From: Candidatus Latescibacterota bacterium
GTDB lineage: Bacteria > Latescibacterota > UBA2968 > UBA8231
DNA length: 64,000 nt
Direction: 5' to 3'
Assembly: GCA_965203355.1 (NCBI GenBank)
Contig: OZ241889.1
Location: 1,920,001 to 1,984,000 of the forward strand
A program made the translations under genes and the position numbers. The notes beneath the pieces were generated by a model that was given only the letters and a program-made list of their open reading frames with translations, was not told where the DNA came from and made no database searches. Positions 9,816 to 18,800 of this stretch are shown here, piece by piece. The stretch's first letter is position 1. Every line of letters starts with the position of its first letter.

Positions 9816-10979
9816 CTAATCAATTCCCAACGCCTGATCGATCTCGGCTTGGTAGCCCTCCAGGTCGCCGCGCTCGATCTCGGCCAAGCTAACCGGCCGA
9901 TTAAACCAATCCGATTCAAAAATCGCCATGCAGATCGCCTGTGAGCGATAGCCGTCCAAGCCATCGACTTCGGGTGTGCCTTGCCCGCGCACGGCGTCGG
10001 CGAAATCCTTCAGTTCGGTTGCGATGGGATTTTCCACTCCACCGGGGAAGAGCCGTTTGCGTTCGTCCTCGGTGAGGCTGTTCTGATACGCTTCGATCAA
10101 GACCTCGTTAGACGTGTTTTCGCCGGTGCGCGTCCAAAGCCCGCTCGCCCAGTCAATGCAGCCCTCGCTGCCGTATAGGACGCGCTTGCTGAAGTCTTGG
10201 CCGGGCGCAGAGCCTTGCCAAGTCCACTGCACCACTGCGCCGCCGTCGAAATCGATCAGTGCCATGGCGCAGTCTTCCACATCCACCGGCCAGGCCCCCT
10301 CGCGCTCGGCCGGCTCGTCGTAGCGATAGGGTTCAAAGTGGTTCACCCGCGCCATTACCTGCCGCGCCTCCGTGCCCAAGTGATAGCGGAACAGGTCGGC
10401 AAAATGCACACCCCCGTCGAGGATCCAGCCGGCGCCGGCGTCGCGCTTGAAGTTGCGCCAGCCCCACTTACTCAACCGCAGGCCCGCTTCCTGCCAGTAG
10501 AAAGTGCGCGGTTGGCCGATTCGCCCGCTGGCCACGGCCCAAGATCGGGCCCGCTCCGGCGGTGAGCGGCGGTAGTTTTCCGCTACGGCGAGCTGACAGC
10601 GGTTATCTACGGCCGCGTTGAGTATTTGGCGGCCAGCGCGCAGCGTGATCGCCAGCGGCTTTTCGATGATTACGTGCTTGCCAGCCGCTAGGCAGGCGAC
10701 GGCGAGGATGTGGTGCTGCGAGTGCAGGGCGCAGATGTCCACGGCGTCTAGGGCCTCTACGTGCGCGAGCATCCGCTCCGCGTCGGTATAGATCGCCGGC
10801 GTGTGCGCTTGGAACTCGGCGATCTCATCGGCACGCTGTCGCGCCTGTTCCTCCACCAAATCGCAACAAGCCACCACCTGTATATCGTCGAGCTTGGCTT
10901 GTGCCAATTCGCGCAAGCCGCGCACATGTGCTCCGGCCATGCCTCCACAGCCCAAGAGGGCCAACTGCAATGGTTCCAT
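9816..10979 (-). CDS. Gfo/Idh/MocA oxidoreductase
   Basis: LGCGGMAGAH, GKHVIIEKPLA, AENYRR, LDGGVHFADL. Confidence 0.9.
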   Translation of the reverse strand: MEPLQLALLGCGGMAGAHVRGLRELAQAKLDDIQVVACCDLVEEQARQRADEIAEFQAHTPAIYTDAERMLAHVEALDAVDICALHSQHHILAVACLAAGKHVIIEKPLAITLRAGRQILNAAVDNRCQLAVAENYRRSPPERARSWAVASGRIGQPRTFYWQEAGLRLSKWGWRNFKRDAGAGWILDGGVHFADLFRYHLGTEARQVMARVNHFEPYRYDEPAEREGAWPVDVEDCAMALIDFDGGAVVQWTWQGSAPGQDFSKRVLYGSEGCIDWASGLWTRTGENTSNEVLIEAYQNSLTEDERKRLFPGGVENPIATELKDFADAVRGQGTPEVDGLDGYRSQAICMAIFESDWFNRPVSLAEIERGDLEGYQAEIDQALGID

Positions 10980-11044
10980 TTGCGTTTCTCCTAAGTTTGG
11001 AATAATTGGCCATACCCCGTGCGACGCTTGCGCCGCGTTGTGAT

Positions 11045-13213
11045 TTATCGCCTTGATCCGAATTCTAAGTAATTGGCCAGGTCCTCAAAAAGGGCCAGTT
11101 GTCCAGCGGGGCCTTGGGTGTATAGAACCTCTCCTTGGACTTTGCTCACGTCAGCTACGTAGTCGTCAATATGTTTTTCAATATCGGCCAGGAATGTCTC
11201 TTCCTTGTCGAGGTTGCACAGGCGGTGAGCTTCGCATAGGAAGCGTCCCATGAGAATCACCTTCGCATCGCCGAGTGAGACGGATATGTTAGCCGATTTG
11301 AGGGCGCGAATTTGGTCCTCTGCACTGCGGAGAACACGAGTAAAATCGACGTTAGTGACGTGGTGAACAGCCCCGTTATCTTCCTTACCACAGACGAATA
11401 TCAAGTCCAAATGTATCGGGGTCTTGGCCTGTTTCAGCGGCGTGGAAACGGACATTTCAGCCTTAATCGGATAAGCCTGTTTGCACGCGAATCCGGCATG
11501 TCGAATAGCTCTGTGGACACACGTCCATCCTTCGTGTCGAGCATGGTGATAGGAAAACACGAGAAGCCCGGTATGCTTGAGAACGCGATGGCATTCGGCG
11601 AACACGGATGTCAGTTTGTCGGTGAAGAGAACAGAACTCGTATCTTGGACTTCGTCTTTCCGCCGCGTCGTTTCGGTTTTGGAATAATCCAAAAGCTGAT
11701 TCAGCCAATAAAAGAAAAAATCGGCGAGTTGGGAGTAGTGAACATTGTCGAAGAATGGAGGATCGGTTACAACGATGTCCACACTGCGGTCTGGAATACT
11801 GGTGCGACTGGAGTCGCCTTGAGTGAGGTAAACCGCGTCGTTCCCATTCTTGAATAAGGCAAACTCGTTAGACACCGGAATGGCGAGCGGATGATTGATG
11901 CCGCCAACTTTAGTACTCTTACCCGATGTCATATAGAGCTCGGTTGGATCAGCCTTGTAGGCAAGCGCATTTAGGATGCGAGAGCGAAACAAGGTGGAAA
12001 ACGATCCAGACGACTTACTCGTACCCCAGACATTTGCTTCAATTGGCATCACTTCGGGTTTGAGGACATGGTGTGAAAACATATGTCGCACGGCCCCTGT
12101 TCCTTCTCCCTTGAAAGATGCAAATAGGTTATTGAACTCAAGCACACCAGAGAATAGGCAGGCAAAGAGGAGTCTGTGATTCGCGTGGTCGATCTGACGA
12201 ATCGCTTCCCGCAGATGGTGGATGCAAAGGAGCTGCCTAGCGGAAAATAGCTCGTGCCAGAAGCGGTAGTTGTGCTTCAAGATCTGGTTTGTATTGTAAC
12301 CCGGTGTGATTGCAATCTGCGGAAAGGAAGAGGTGATGGAAGTAAGCTCTCGTGCGATGTCTGCTAAAAGGGCGTCGTCGAAAGCATTCATAGAAGCGTA
12401 TTGTTTTTGCCCATCTGTGGTGAGAATCATCTTGGCGTACCGGCGATAACCAAGAGGGCCATGTATTGATTTCATCTGCTCAACAAGGCGGAATGTATAG
12501 CTGCATTTATCACATTCGACTTTCGCCCCTTTGATGTTGCCTTGTTGTGGGTTGTACGTCGTACCACAATCCAGGCACTTCACGCAATCGGCGTTGTAGA
12601 GTGTCGCGTTAATAGCACCACAACTAGGGCAGAGTGCGCGGGCACTAGCATCTTTGTGCGGGACGGCGTTCTTTGAGAAAATGCGCGCCTTGAAGAGATC
12701 GATCTGTTCATCGCATTGTGGACATGGCACAACCTTGACGAGAAAGTAGTACAGTACGGTTGCTCTACTGCCTGCTTCTGTGCGCGTCTCAAAGTAGCTC
12801 AGTAGTTTGGGACCGACCGTGCGCTCGAGGAGTTGATATGTAGCGACGACTTCAGCCGGATCGTACTTAGTGAAGGCAGCGCGACAGGCGAGATATGCGA
12901 CTGGATTAATGTCTTGACCCAAAGCGGTACAACCAAGCTTAACTGCTTCTCCTATGGTAACTCCGCTCCCCATGAAAGGGTCAAAAATTACGGTTTTAGC
13001 AAAATCGTTCTTCCCGTAAAAGGACTTCCAGAAGTCCGCTCCTTCGTCGAGACATGCGCCTAACAAAATACCCCGAAAAACAGATCCCAATCTACGCGCC
13101 CACCACTTGTGGATGTAATAGACCGGACGGTGGACTTCTTTTCTCCACGATTCGGCCTCGGCGATCGCGGAAAGACGAGCATACGGAAAATCGTTCTCTA
13201 TGAGTCGGGGCAT
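11045..13213 (-). CDS. DNA amino-methyltransferase (DUF1156-like N-terminus, Zn ribbons), lower GC than flanks
   Basis: HKWWARRLGSVFR, motif I DPFMGSG, four CxxC pairs, motif IV TDPPFFDNVHYSQL; line 12361-12420 has 28/60 G+C. Confidence 0.85.
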   Translation of the reverse strand: MPRLIENDFPYARLSAIAEAESWRKEVHRPVYYIHKWWARRLGSVFRGILLGACLDEGADFWKSFYGKNDFAKTVIFDPFMGSGVTIGEAVKLGCTALGQDINPVAYLACRAAFTKYDPAEVVATYQLLERTVGPKLLSYFETRTEAGSRATVLYYFLVKVVPCPQCDEQIDLFKARIFSKNAVPHKDASARALCPSCGAINATLYNADCVKCLDCGTTYNPQQGNIKGAKVECDKCSYTFRLVEQMKSIHGPLGYRRYAKMILTTDGQKQYASMNAFDDALLADIARELTSITSSFPQIAITPGYNTNQILKHNYRFWHELFSARQLLCIHHLREAIRQIDHANHRLLFACLFSGVLEFNNLFASFKGEGTGAVRHMFSHHVLKPEVMPIEANVWGTSKSSGSFSTLFRSRILNALAYKADPTELYMTSGKSTKVGGINHPLAIPVSNEFALFKNGNDAVYLTQGDSSRTSIPDRSVDIVVTDPPFFDNVHYSQLADFFFYWLNQLLDYSKTETTRRKDEVQDTSSVLFTDKLTSVFAECHRVLKHTGLLVFSYHHARHEGWTCVHRAIRHAGFACKQAYPIKAEMSVSTPLKQAKTPIHLDLIFVCGKEDNGAVHHVTNVDFTRVLRSAEDQIRALKSANISVSLGDAKVILMGRFLCEAHRLCNLDKEETFLADIEKHIDDYVADVSKVQGEVLYTQGPAGQLALFEDLANYLEFGSRR

Positions 13214-13216
13214 CCT

Positions 13217-13369
13217 CTACTCCGGGAGCTGAGGCATGGAGGCGGTGCGATCCTTTGGCTTACGTGCTTTATACGCTTTGAAAATGTCTTGGTGTACGGG
13301 GAGCTTTTCTATTTCTAGTGGAAAAGAGAGTGCCCTGCCGCTCACACCGTCTATACAGCTAAGGAACAT
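13217..13369 (-). other. 50-codon ORF or gene remnant directly upstream of the methyltransferase
   Basis: MFLSCIDGVSGRALSFPLEIEKLPVHQDIFKAYKARKPKDRTASMPQLPE*; stop 3 nt before the MTase ATG; same low-GC character. Confidence 0.35.
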
Positions 13370-13391
13370 AAATACACCACTTCACCGGCTA

Positions 13392-14519
13392 TTACTCCAT
13401 CGGCACCAGCCGCAAGATCCGCCCTGGATTTTCCACCGCGAGATAGACGGCCCCGTCCGGTCCGGTCTGCACGTCGCGCATTCGCGATTCGCCTTGATAG
13501 GCGATCTCGTCGTGTACCACGGCTGCGCCCGACAAGCGCAGGCGGTGCAGGCGGTTGAAGCGCAGCGAGGTCACCAGTAGGTCGTTTTGCCAGTTGCTGA
13601 AGCGCGTGCCGGTGTAAAAGTCAATGCCGCAGACCGCTATGGACGGCACCCAATAGGTCTGCGGTTGCTCCATGCCGTCGGCGTGGGTTTGGTCGGTAAT
13701 GGGGGTGCCATCGTAGTTGATGCCATAGGTGATGGCTGGCCAGCCGTAGTTTAGGCCGCGCTGTACGAGGTTGAGCTCGTCGCCGCCTTTGGGGCCGTGC
13801 TCGGCGGCCCACAGTTGGTCGGTCTCTGGGTGCATGGCCATTCCTTGGGGGTTGCGATGCCCGTAGGACCAGATTGACGCAATGGCTCCGTCGCGCCCGA
13901 CAAAAGGGTTGTCGCCGGGAACGCGGCCGTTGTCGTGCAAGCGGTGGATCTTGCCATTGGGCAGCTTCACGTTCTGGGCGAGGGGGCGCTGGCCGCGGTC
14001 GCCGATCGCAAGGTACAGATAACCTTCGCGGTCAAAAACGATGCGCGAGCCGTAGTGGTGAGCGTGCCGAGTGTAAAACTGATCCGGGACGCGATGTATC
14101 AATTCCACATCGGTCAACTGTCTCTCTTGCAGCCGCCCGCGGCTGATGGCCGTATAGCTCAACATGCCCCCCAACGGCCCGGGCAGCGGATCCGAGTAAC
14201 TGAGGTAAATCCAGCCGGTCTCCGCGTACTGGGGGTGCAAGGCCACGTCCATCAGGCCGCCCTGTCCCTTGGCGAGCACCTTGGGTACGCCGTCGATGGG
14301 AGGCGAGACCGCGCCGTCGGTGCTGACGATGCGTAGCTGTCCTTCGCGCTCGGTGACCAACAAGCGTCCATCGGGCAGAAAAGCAAGGCCCCACGGGATG
14401 CCCAAGCCGGTGGCGAAGGGCTCGACGCGAAAAGTGTGTTCCTCGGATTGGACGACCTGTTGGGCCGCAGCGTTTGCTGCAAAAGCGAGCGTGCAAATTA
14501 GATAGATGCTGTATCGCAT
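13392..14519 (-). CDS. PQQ-dependent sugar dehydrogenase (glucose/sorbosone dehydrogenase family)
   Basis: Signal peptide; PWGLAFLPDG, GQGGLMDVALHP, HYGSRIVFD, IWSYGHRNPQG, EHGPKGGDELN, NYGWP. Confidence 0.92.
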   Translation of the reverse strand: MRYSIYLICTLAFAANAAAQQVVQSEEHTFRVEPFATGLGIPWGLAFLPDGRLLVTEREGQLRIVSTDGAVSPPIDGVPKVLAKGQGGLMDVALHPQYAETGWIYLSYSDPLPGPLGGMLSYTAISRGRLQERQLTDVELIHRVPDQFYTRHAHHYGSRIVFDREGYLYLAIGDRGQRPLAQNVKLPNGKIHRLHDNGRVPGDNPFVGRDGAIASIWSYGHRNPQGMAMHPETDQLWAAEHGPKGGDELNLVQRGLNYGWPAITYGINYDGTPITDQTHADGMEQPQTYWVPSIAVCGIDFYTGTRFSNWQNDLLVTSLRFNRLHRLRLSGAAVVHDEIAYQGESRMRDVQTGPDGAVYLAVENPGRILRLVPME

Positions 14520-14590
14520 ATTTTTTAAGCCTTTAGTTGGATAGTTATCCCCACCAGTGACAAGGCGTAGAGGCGTTGGCAGTCGGCGGG

Positions 14591-14947
14591 TTAATGGGAT
14601 GGTGTGCGCTCGGCTTCCCGCATCAGGCGAACCAACGCATTGATTTGGTTTGCGTCCAGTACCGCGCCAAACCGAGGCATGCCGTCCTCGGGAATCCCCA
14701 GGGCAATGCTTGCGAAGATCGCCGCGTCGCTTGCGCCGTAATCCCAGCGACCGTCGATTAAGCTGCTAGCCATACCCCCGTTCATGGCGGGGCCGTGGCA
14801 GTCGGCGCAGTAGTAGGCATAGTGCGCTGTCGCCGTAGCCGCGGTTGGCGGTTCCGCTGGCCGGGGCTTTCGGCCCGAACTGCCGCAGCAAACCACGCTC
14901 AGCGACAAGCTCCACAGGAGTAGGCACCGCCATGCGCTAACGGTCAT
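14591..14947 (-). CDS. Small c-type cytochrome, probable lipoprotein
   Basis: CADCHG heme motif, distal GMPRFG, N-terminal hydrophobic segment ending in Cys. Confidence 0.85.
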   Translation of the reverse strand: MTVSAWRCLLLWSLSLSVVCCGSSGRKPRPAEPPTAATATAHYAYYCADCHGPAMNGGMASSLIDGRWDYGASDAAIFASIALGIPEDGMPRFGAVLDANQINALVRLMREAERTPSH

Positions 14948-15198
14948 GCACCCGTACCTTGGGCGATTTGTTTCTGTAGGGCCGCGACGATGTTGTTGTT
15001 AGCAAAGTCGATCAGGCGATGGCCGTCGATGTCGTAGAGAGAAGCTCCTGCTCCGTGGTCGGCGTATCGGGGAAGAGGGGCCATGTGGACGCCCGGCAGC
15101 GATGGCTTGGCCCGCGCAAACATGGCTTGCAAACGAGGATTTTGCGTGGCGTACGCCGCGATTTCTTCGTCGAGCAAAGCCTTGATTTCGAGTGCCAT
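14944..15198 (-). pseudogene. Truncated, internally deleted class-III aminotransferase (GSA-aminomutase-like) fragment
   Basis: ARAKPSLPG..HMAPLPRYADHGAGASLYDIDGHRLIDFANN-NIVAALQKQIAQGT; lacks the usual LGH.HP segment and everything downstream. Confidence 0.7.
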
Positions 15199-15262
15199 GA
15201 TTCCTTGCCGCGCAGGAGTGCGAATTTCGCTGTGTGTAGGGAAGGGGCTGGTGGGAAAGGGG

Positions 15263-15340
15263 TGGTCGGGGTGGTCGGATTTGAACCGACGACATCCTGC
15301 TCCCAAAGCAGGTGCGCTGACCGGACTGCGCCACACCCCG
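15263..15340 (-). tRNA. tRNA-Pro (anticodon TGG)
   Basis: cggggtg acceptor stem, anticodon arm cctgc-tttggga-gcagg, GGTTCAAATCC T-loop, encoded CCA. Confidence 0.97.
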
Positions 15341-15351
15341 CCTCGTTGCAA

Positions 15352-15380
15352 AAAATAGAGATAGCTAGGCGCGATGGCAA
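15352..15380 (-). promoter_or_regulatory. Probable sigma70 promoter of tRNA-Pro
   Basis: TTGCCA-17-TATTTT, 11 nt upstream of the tRNA. Confidence 0.5.
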
Positions 15381-15646
15381 TAATGGGTGTTGAATTTTTG
15401 GGGGACGTTTTGTCTTTTTATTAAAGGTAAAGGGCTAGAATTACGTGCCCACTGCCGGTAATTTTGAACCCGTCAGCCCCACTGACTGGCGGAATAAGGG
15501 TCGCCTGATTGCATTGACCTACTCACCGACGCTGGGGGCGTTTGACCAGTGGTCGGTGGCCGGTGCGTGGACTGCCCGCTGCCCACCGCATCGGCGGACG
15601 AATAGCCCTCGGCATCTGTCGCTTCTCGCGACGAGCCGCGGCCAAA

Positions 15647-15774
15647 AAAGAAAATGGGACCTCAAACCGAAAATTGAGGTCCCATTTCCGTAACTCGCTG
15701 TATGCGGTGCCGCGTATGCTACTTGAGCAGCAGCATCTGGACGGCGAGGAAATCACCGCCGGCCTGCAAGCGGT
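15647..15774 (-). repeat. Second copy of the last ~18 codons plus terminator of the giant surface-protein gene (paralog remnant)
   Basis: Aligns with 15801-15926; encodes RLQAGGDFLAVQMLLLK* versus RLQAGGDFLDIKKMLLLK*. Confidence 0.85.
15652..15687 (-). terminator. Intrinsic terminator, copy 2
   Basis: aaatgggacctcaa-N8-ttgaggtcccattt, followed by a T-rich tract on the minus strand. Confidence 0.8.
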
Positions 15775-15805
15775 CCGTAGGCGGGCGATCTGACGTTCAT
15801 AAAGA

Positions 15806-15841
15806 AAATGGGACCTCAAACCGAAAATTGAGGTCCCATTT
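15806..15841 (-). terminator. Intrinsic terminator of the giant surface-protein gene, copy 1
   Basis: Identical 14-bp stem, 26 nt after the stop codon. Confidence 0.85.
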
Positions 15842-15867
15842 CCGTAACTCTCGCGGTATCGCGTATG

Positions 15868-18800
15868 CTACTTGAGCAGCAGCATCTTCTTGATGTCGAG
15901 GAAGTCACCGCCCGCTTGCAAGCGGTAGAAGTACATCCCCGACGACACGCTCTGGCCGCTATCGTTGGTCGCGTCCCATTCCACCGCGTAGCGACCCGCC
16001 GCCTGATGCTCGGCGACCAGCGTCCGAATCGGCTGACCCAACACGTTATACACCGTCAGCCCCACGTCCGCCGCCTGCGGCAACGCATACTGAATCGTCG
16101 TCTGCGGATTGAACGGGTTCGGATAGTTGGCTGCCAGCGAGAACACGGCCGGGCGCGTCTGTAACGCCACTGGCGCGGGCAAGGCCAGCCGGTTGAAGCC
16201 CAACGCCCGGTCATACGTCTGGCTGTCGGTGATTTCGAGGGTCGTGTGCGCGATCTCGGTCGTCGGACGGAACACCAAGCGCAGCATCAGTTCACCGTCC
16301 GAAACGACATCGCCGTGGGCGGCTACCGTCAACACGCCCGCTTGGTCGGCCAGCACCTGCGGCGTAGCGAATGCGCTGCCGCCCAGCGGCTGATCGGTCC
16401 GAGCCTCAACGAAGGTTAGCTGGTCAGCGTCATACGCTATCTGCAAGCCGTAACCCTTGACCGCCACGAAGTCGGCCAATCGCACATTGACGACGAACTC
16501 TTCTCCCACGCTCGGCAGGGCTGTCGGCGCATCCAGATACAGCCGCGCATCCGCATTCAGCCCGGTCCGCAGCGGCACTGGCTTGCCCGCCGCGGCCACG
16601 CTGCGACCGAAATGGTCGGCCAACACGAAGAAATCGTCGAAGTCAATCGTCCCATTCGGCGCCAGGTCAAACGCCGGATCAAACCCGGCGTCGCCCGCCG
16701 TCAAACCGAAGCGGTCCGCCAACACGAAGAAATCGTCGAACCCAATGCGCGCGTCCGCACCGAACAGCCCCAACAGAGCCTGCCCTTGGCTATCGGCCAC
16801 CCGGTTGCGGACGGCCAATGCGGTCTGCTCGACCGAACCGGTCTCGTTGTCCCAATCAAAGGGCCGCACCTGATAGTTGTAATGCACCCCATGCTGCGCC
16901 GTCTCATCAACGAAGGACGCCACCCCGGCCTCCACCTCGGCGACCACGGAAAACGCTTCGTCTCCCACGGCGCGGCGATAGATGCGGTAGCCATGTACGC
17001 CCACGATCGGCTCGACCGGCGCCGGGCCTAGCGCACCGGCCACGACCCCTTGCAGCACCTGATCCGACGGCGACAGCGTCCACGTCAGCGCGATGCGACC
17101 GCCTTGATCGTCGGGCGCATCCAACACCTGTAGTGCCGACACGGCCAATGGCGCAATGTCGTCGGTCGCCCGCACGGCTTCAGCCGTCCAAGTAATCGAC
17201 GAACTCAGTACGCTACCGACGACATTCAACTTCGGTGCCACGCCGCGAGCGTAGGCTAATTCTTCCGGCAGCAACGACGCCAGCACCGGACCGCCCTGCG
17301 CGGCATTCCGGCTGGCTTGCAACGTCGCCGCCATCTGCGTGTAAGGCTGCGTCACATCGTCGGCCTCGACGAACACGGCTTTGGCCGCATGATGCGTGGT
17401 GCGCCCCCCGCGCTCGGCGGCAATGCCCCAGCGCGTCGAGACATTGTCCAGCGTCGCCACGATAGCGCGGCCCATCGCCACCCCGGGCACGGCATCCACC
17501 CGCGCCCACGGCACCATCTCATTTTCCAGCACCGGCAAGGCGCGGAAGATGCGATAGCCGTCCAGCGACTTATGATCCGCCGATAGCTCCCAAGACAGCA
17601 TCACGAAACCGCCTTGGTCGCCCTGGCCGTCCGCGCCTTTGTAGTCCTCGGCAATCAGATTGGTCGGCGCCGACAGCGGCGGCTCCACCACCGCCATGCC
17701 CACCGGCAGCGACTGACTCGCGCCACTGGCATCTACGACCGTGTAGGTCGCTACGGTCTCGCCCATCGTCGTCGGCGTCCCGGAAATCGTCCGGGTGGCC
17801 GGGTCAAACGACAGCCCGGCTGGCAAACCCGACACGCTATACGTCAGCGGCGGGGTGCCCCCGGAGACCGCCGGCAGCGTCAAGTTTGCTGGCACACCGA
17901 CGGTGAATTGAATCCTGTTGTCGGTATGCGAGTCGGCCGGATTGGCTTTGCCAGCACCGCTGTTGAGACCGAACAACGAACTCAGGTCGCCCCAGTCCAG
18001 CATCGCGTTGACTGTAATTGTGAACATCAACGAGACGCTTTCGTCGCCAGCCATCGCCGTGTAGGTGACTTCAACGGCCCCATCGGTCGCCGCTTCCGGT
18101 GTCCCGGAAATCGTCCGGGTGGTCGCGTCAAACGACAGTCCGGCTGGTAGATCCGACACGCTATACGTGATGGAGCCTTCGCCGCCCAGCGCCATCGGCA
18201 ATTCCAACGAGTGAATCGCCGTGCCCGCCGTATAGTTCTGGTTGGGAATCGAAGCACCCTCGACGAAAGCCAAGGCGATCATCATCTCCCTATCGCCGTC
18301 ATTATCGTCCATCATCCCGCTGTCTGTGTCGGTCAGCACCAGCGTCGCCGAACCCGCCGTCAAGCCCGGCAGCATCGCATTGAGCACCACCGTCTCGTCG
18401 CCTTCAGCCATACCATCGGAAACCGGATCAATCAACAGGCGCGTCGAACCCATAATCGAACCGGCGGCAATGGTAATCGTCGGATTGAATAGGGCCGAGT
18501 AGTCCGTGTCGCGGGTGGCACTACTCGAAGCCGCGTCAATCGAAACGGAGACCGTCGCGTTCTCGGCCAGCGGCTTGCCGTCCAGCGCGGCCATGACCAT
18601 CACCTCGGTCAATTCCGCCGACTCGCTGAGTGCGCTCGGCGTCACCGACAGCACCAAAGACGTGCTCGGCGTCTCGTCGTCGGAAATGCGGATGTCCACC
18701 TGCGCCCAACCGCCCGAAGCCGCCGCCCGAACCCCCAAGTGCTTATGACCGGCCGCCGAAGCGTTGTCAATCGGCGACAGGAACAGCGTCGTCCAACCCG

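Noticed and set aside
11003-11079. 10-bp direct repeat taattggcca (11003 and 11070) as an insertion scar of the methyltransferase
   Set aside because: Both copies lie on the same side of the gene, and the repeat is too short to exclude chance
11045-15340. Integrative element at tRNA-Pro
   Set aside because: No integrase and no duplicated tRNA 3' end found; intervening genes have host-like composition
15445-15693. 82-aa ORF between tRNA-Pro and the duplicated terminator
   Set aside because: No recognisable motif and it runs through the hairpin; it may be a relic but cannot be supported
15647-15926. Diversity-generating retroelement TR/VR pair (duplicated gene 3' end plus hairpin)
   Set aside because: Mismatches include G/C and C/T changes and an indel rather than adenine-only substitutions; no reverse transcriptase in the window
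16570-17960. Recurring AGKA/AAKA/AGKP linker motif in the giant protein (also in the LRR protein) as a processing site
   Set aside because: Four-residue Ala/Gly/Lys motif, too short and compositionally likely to support from this window alone
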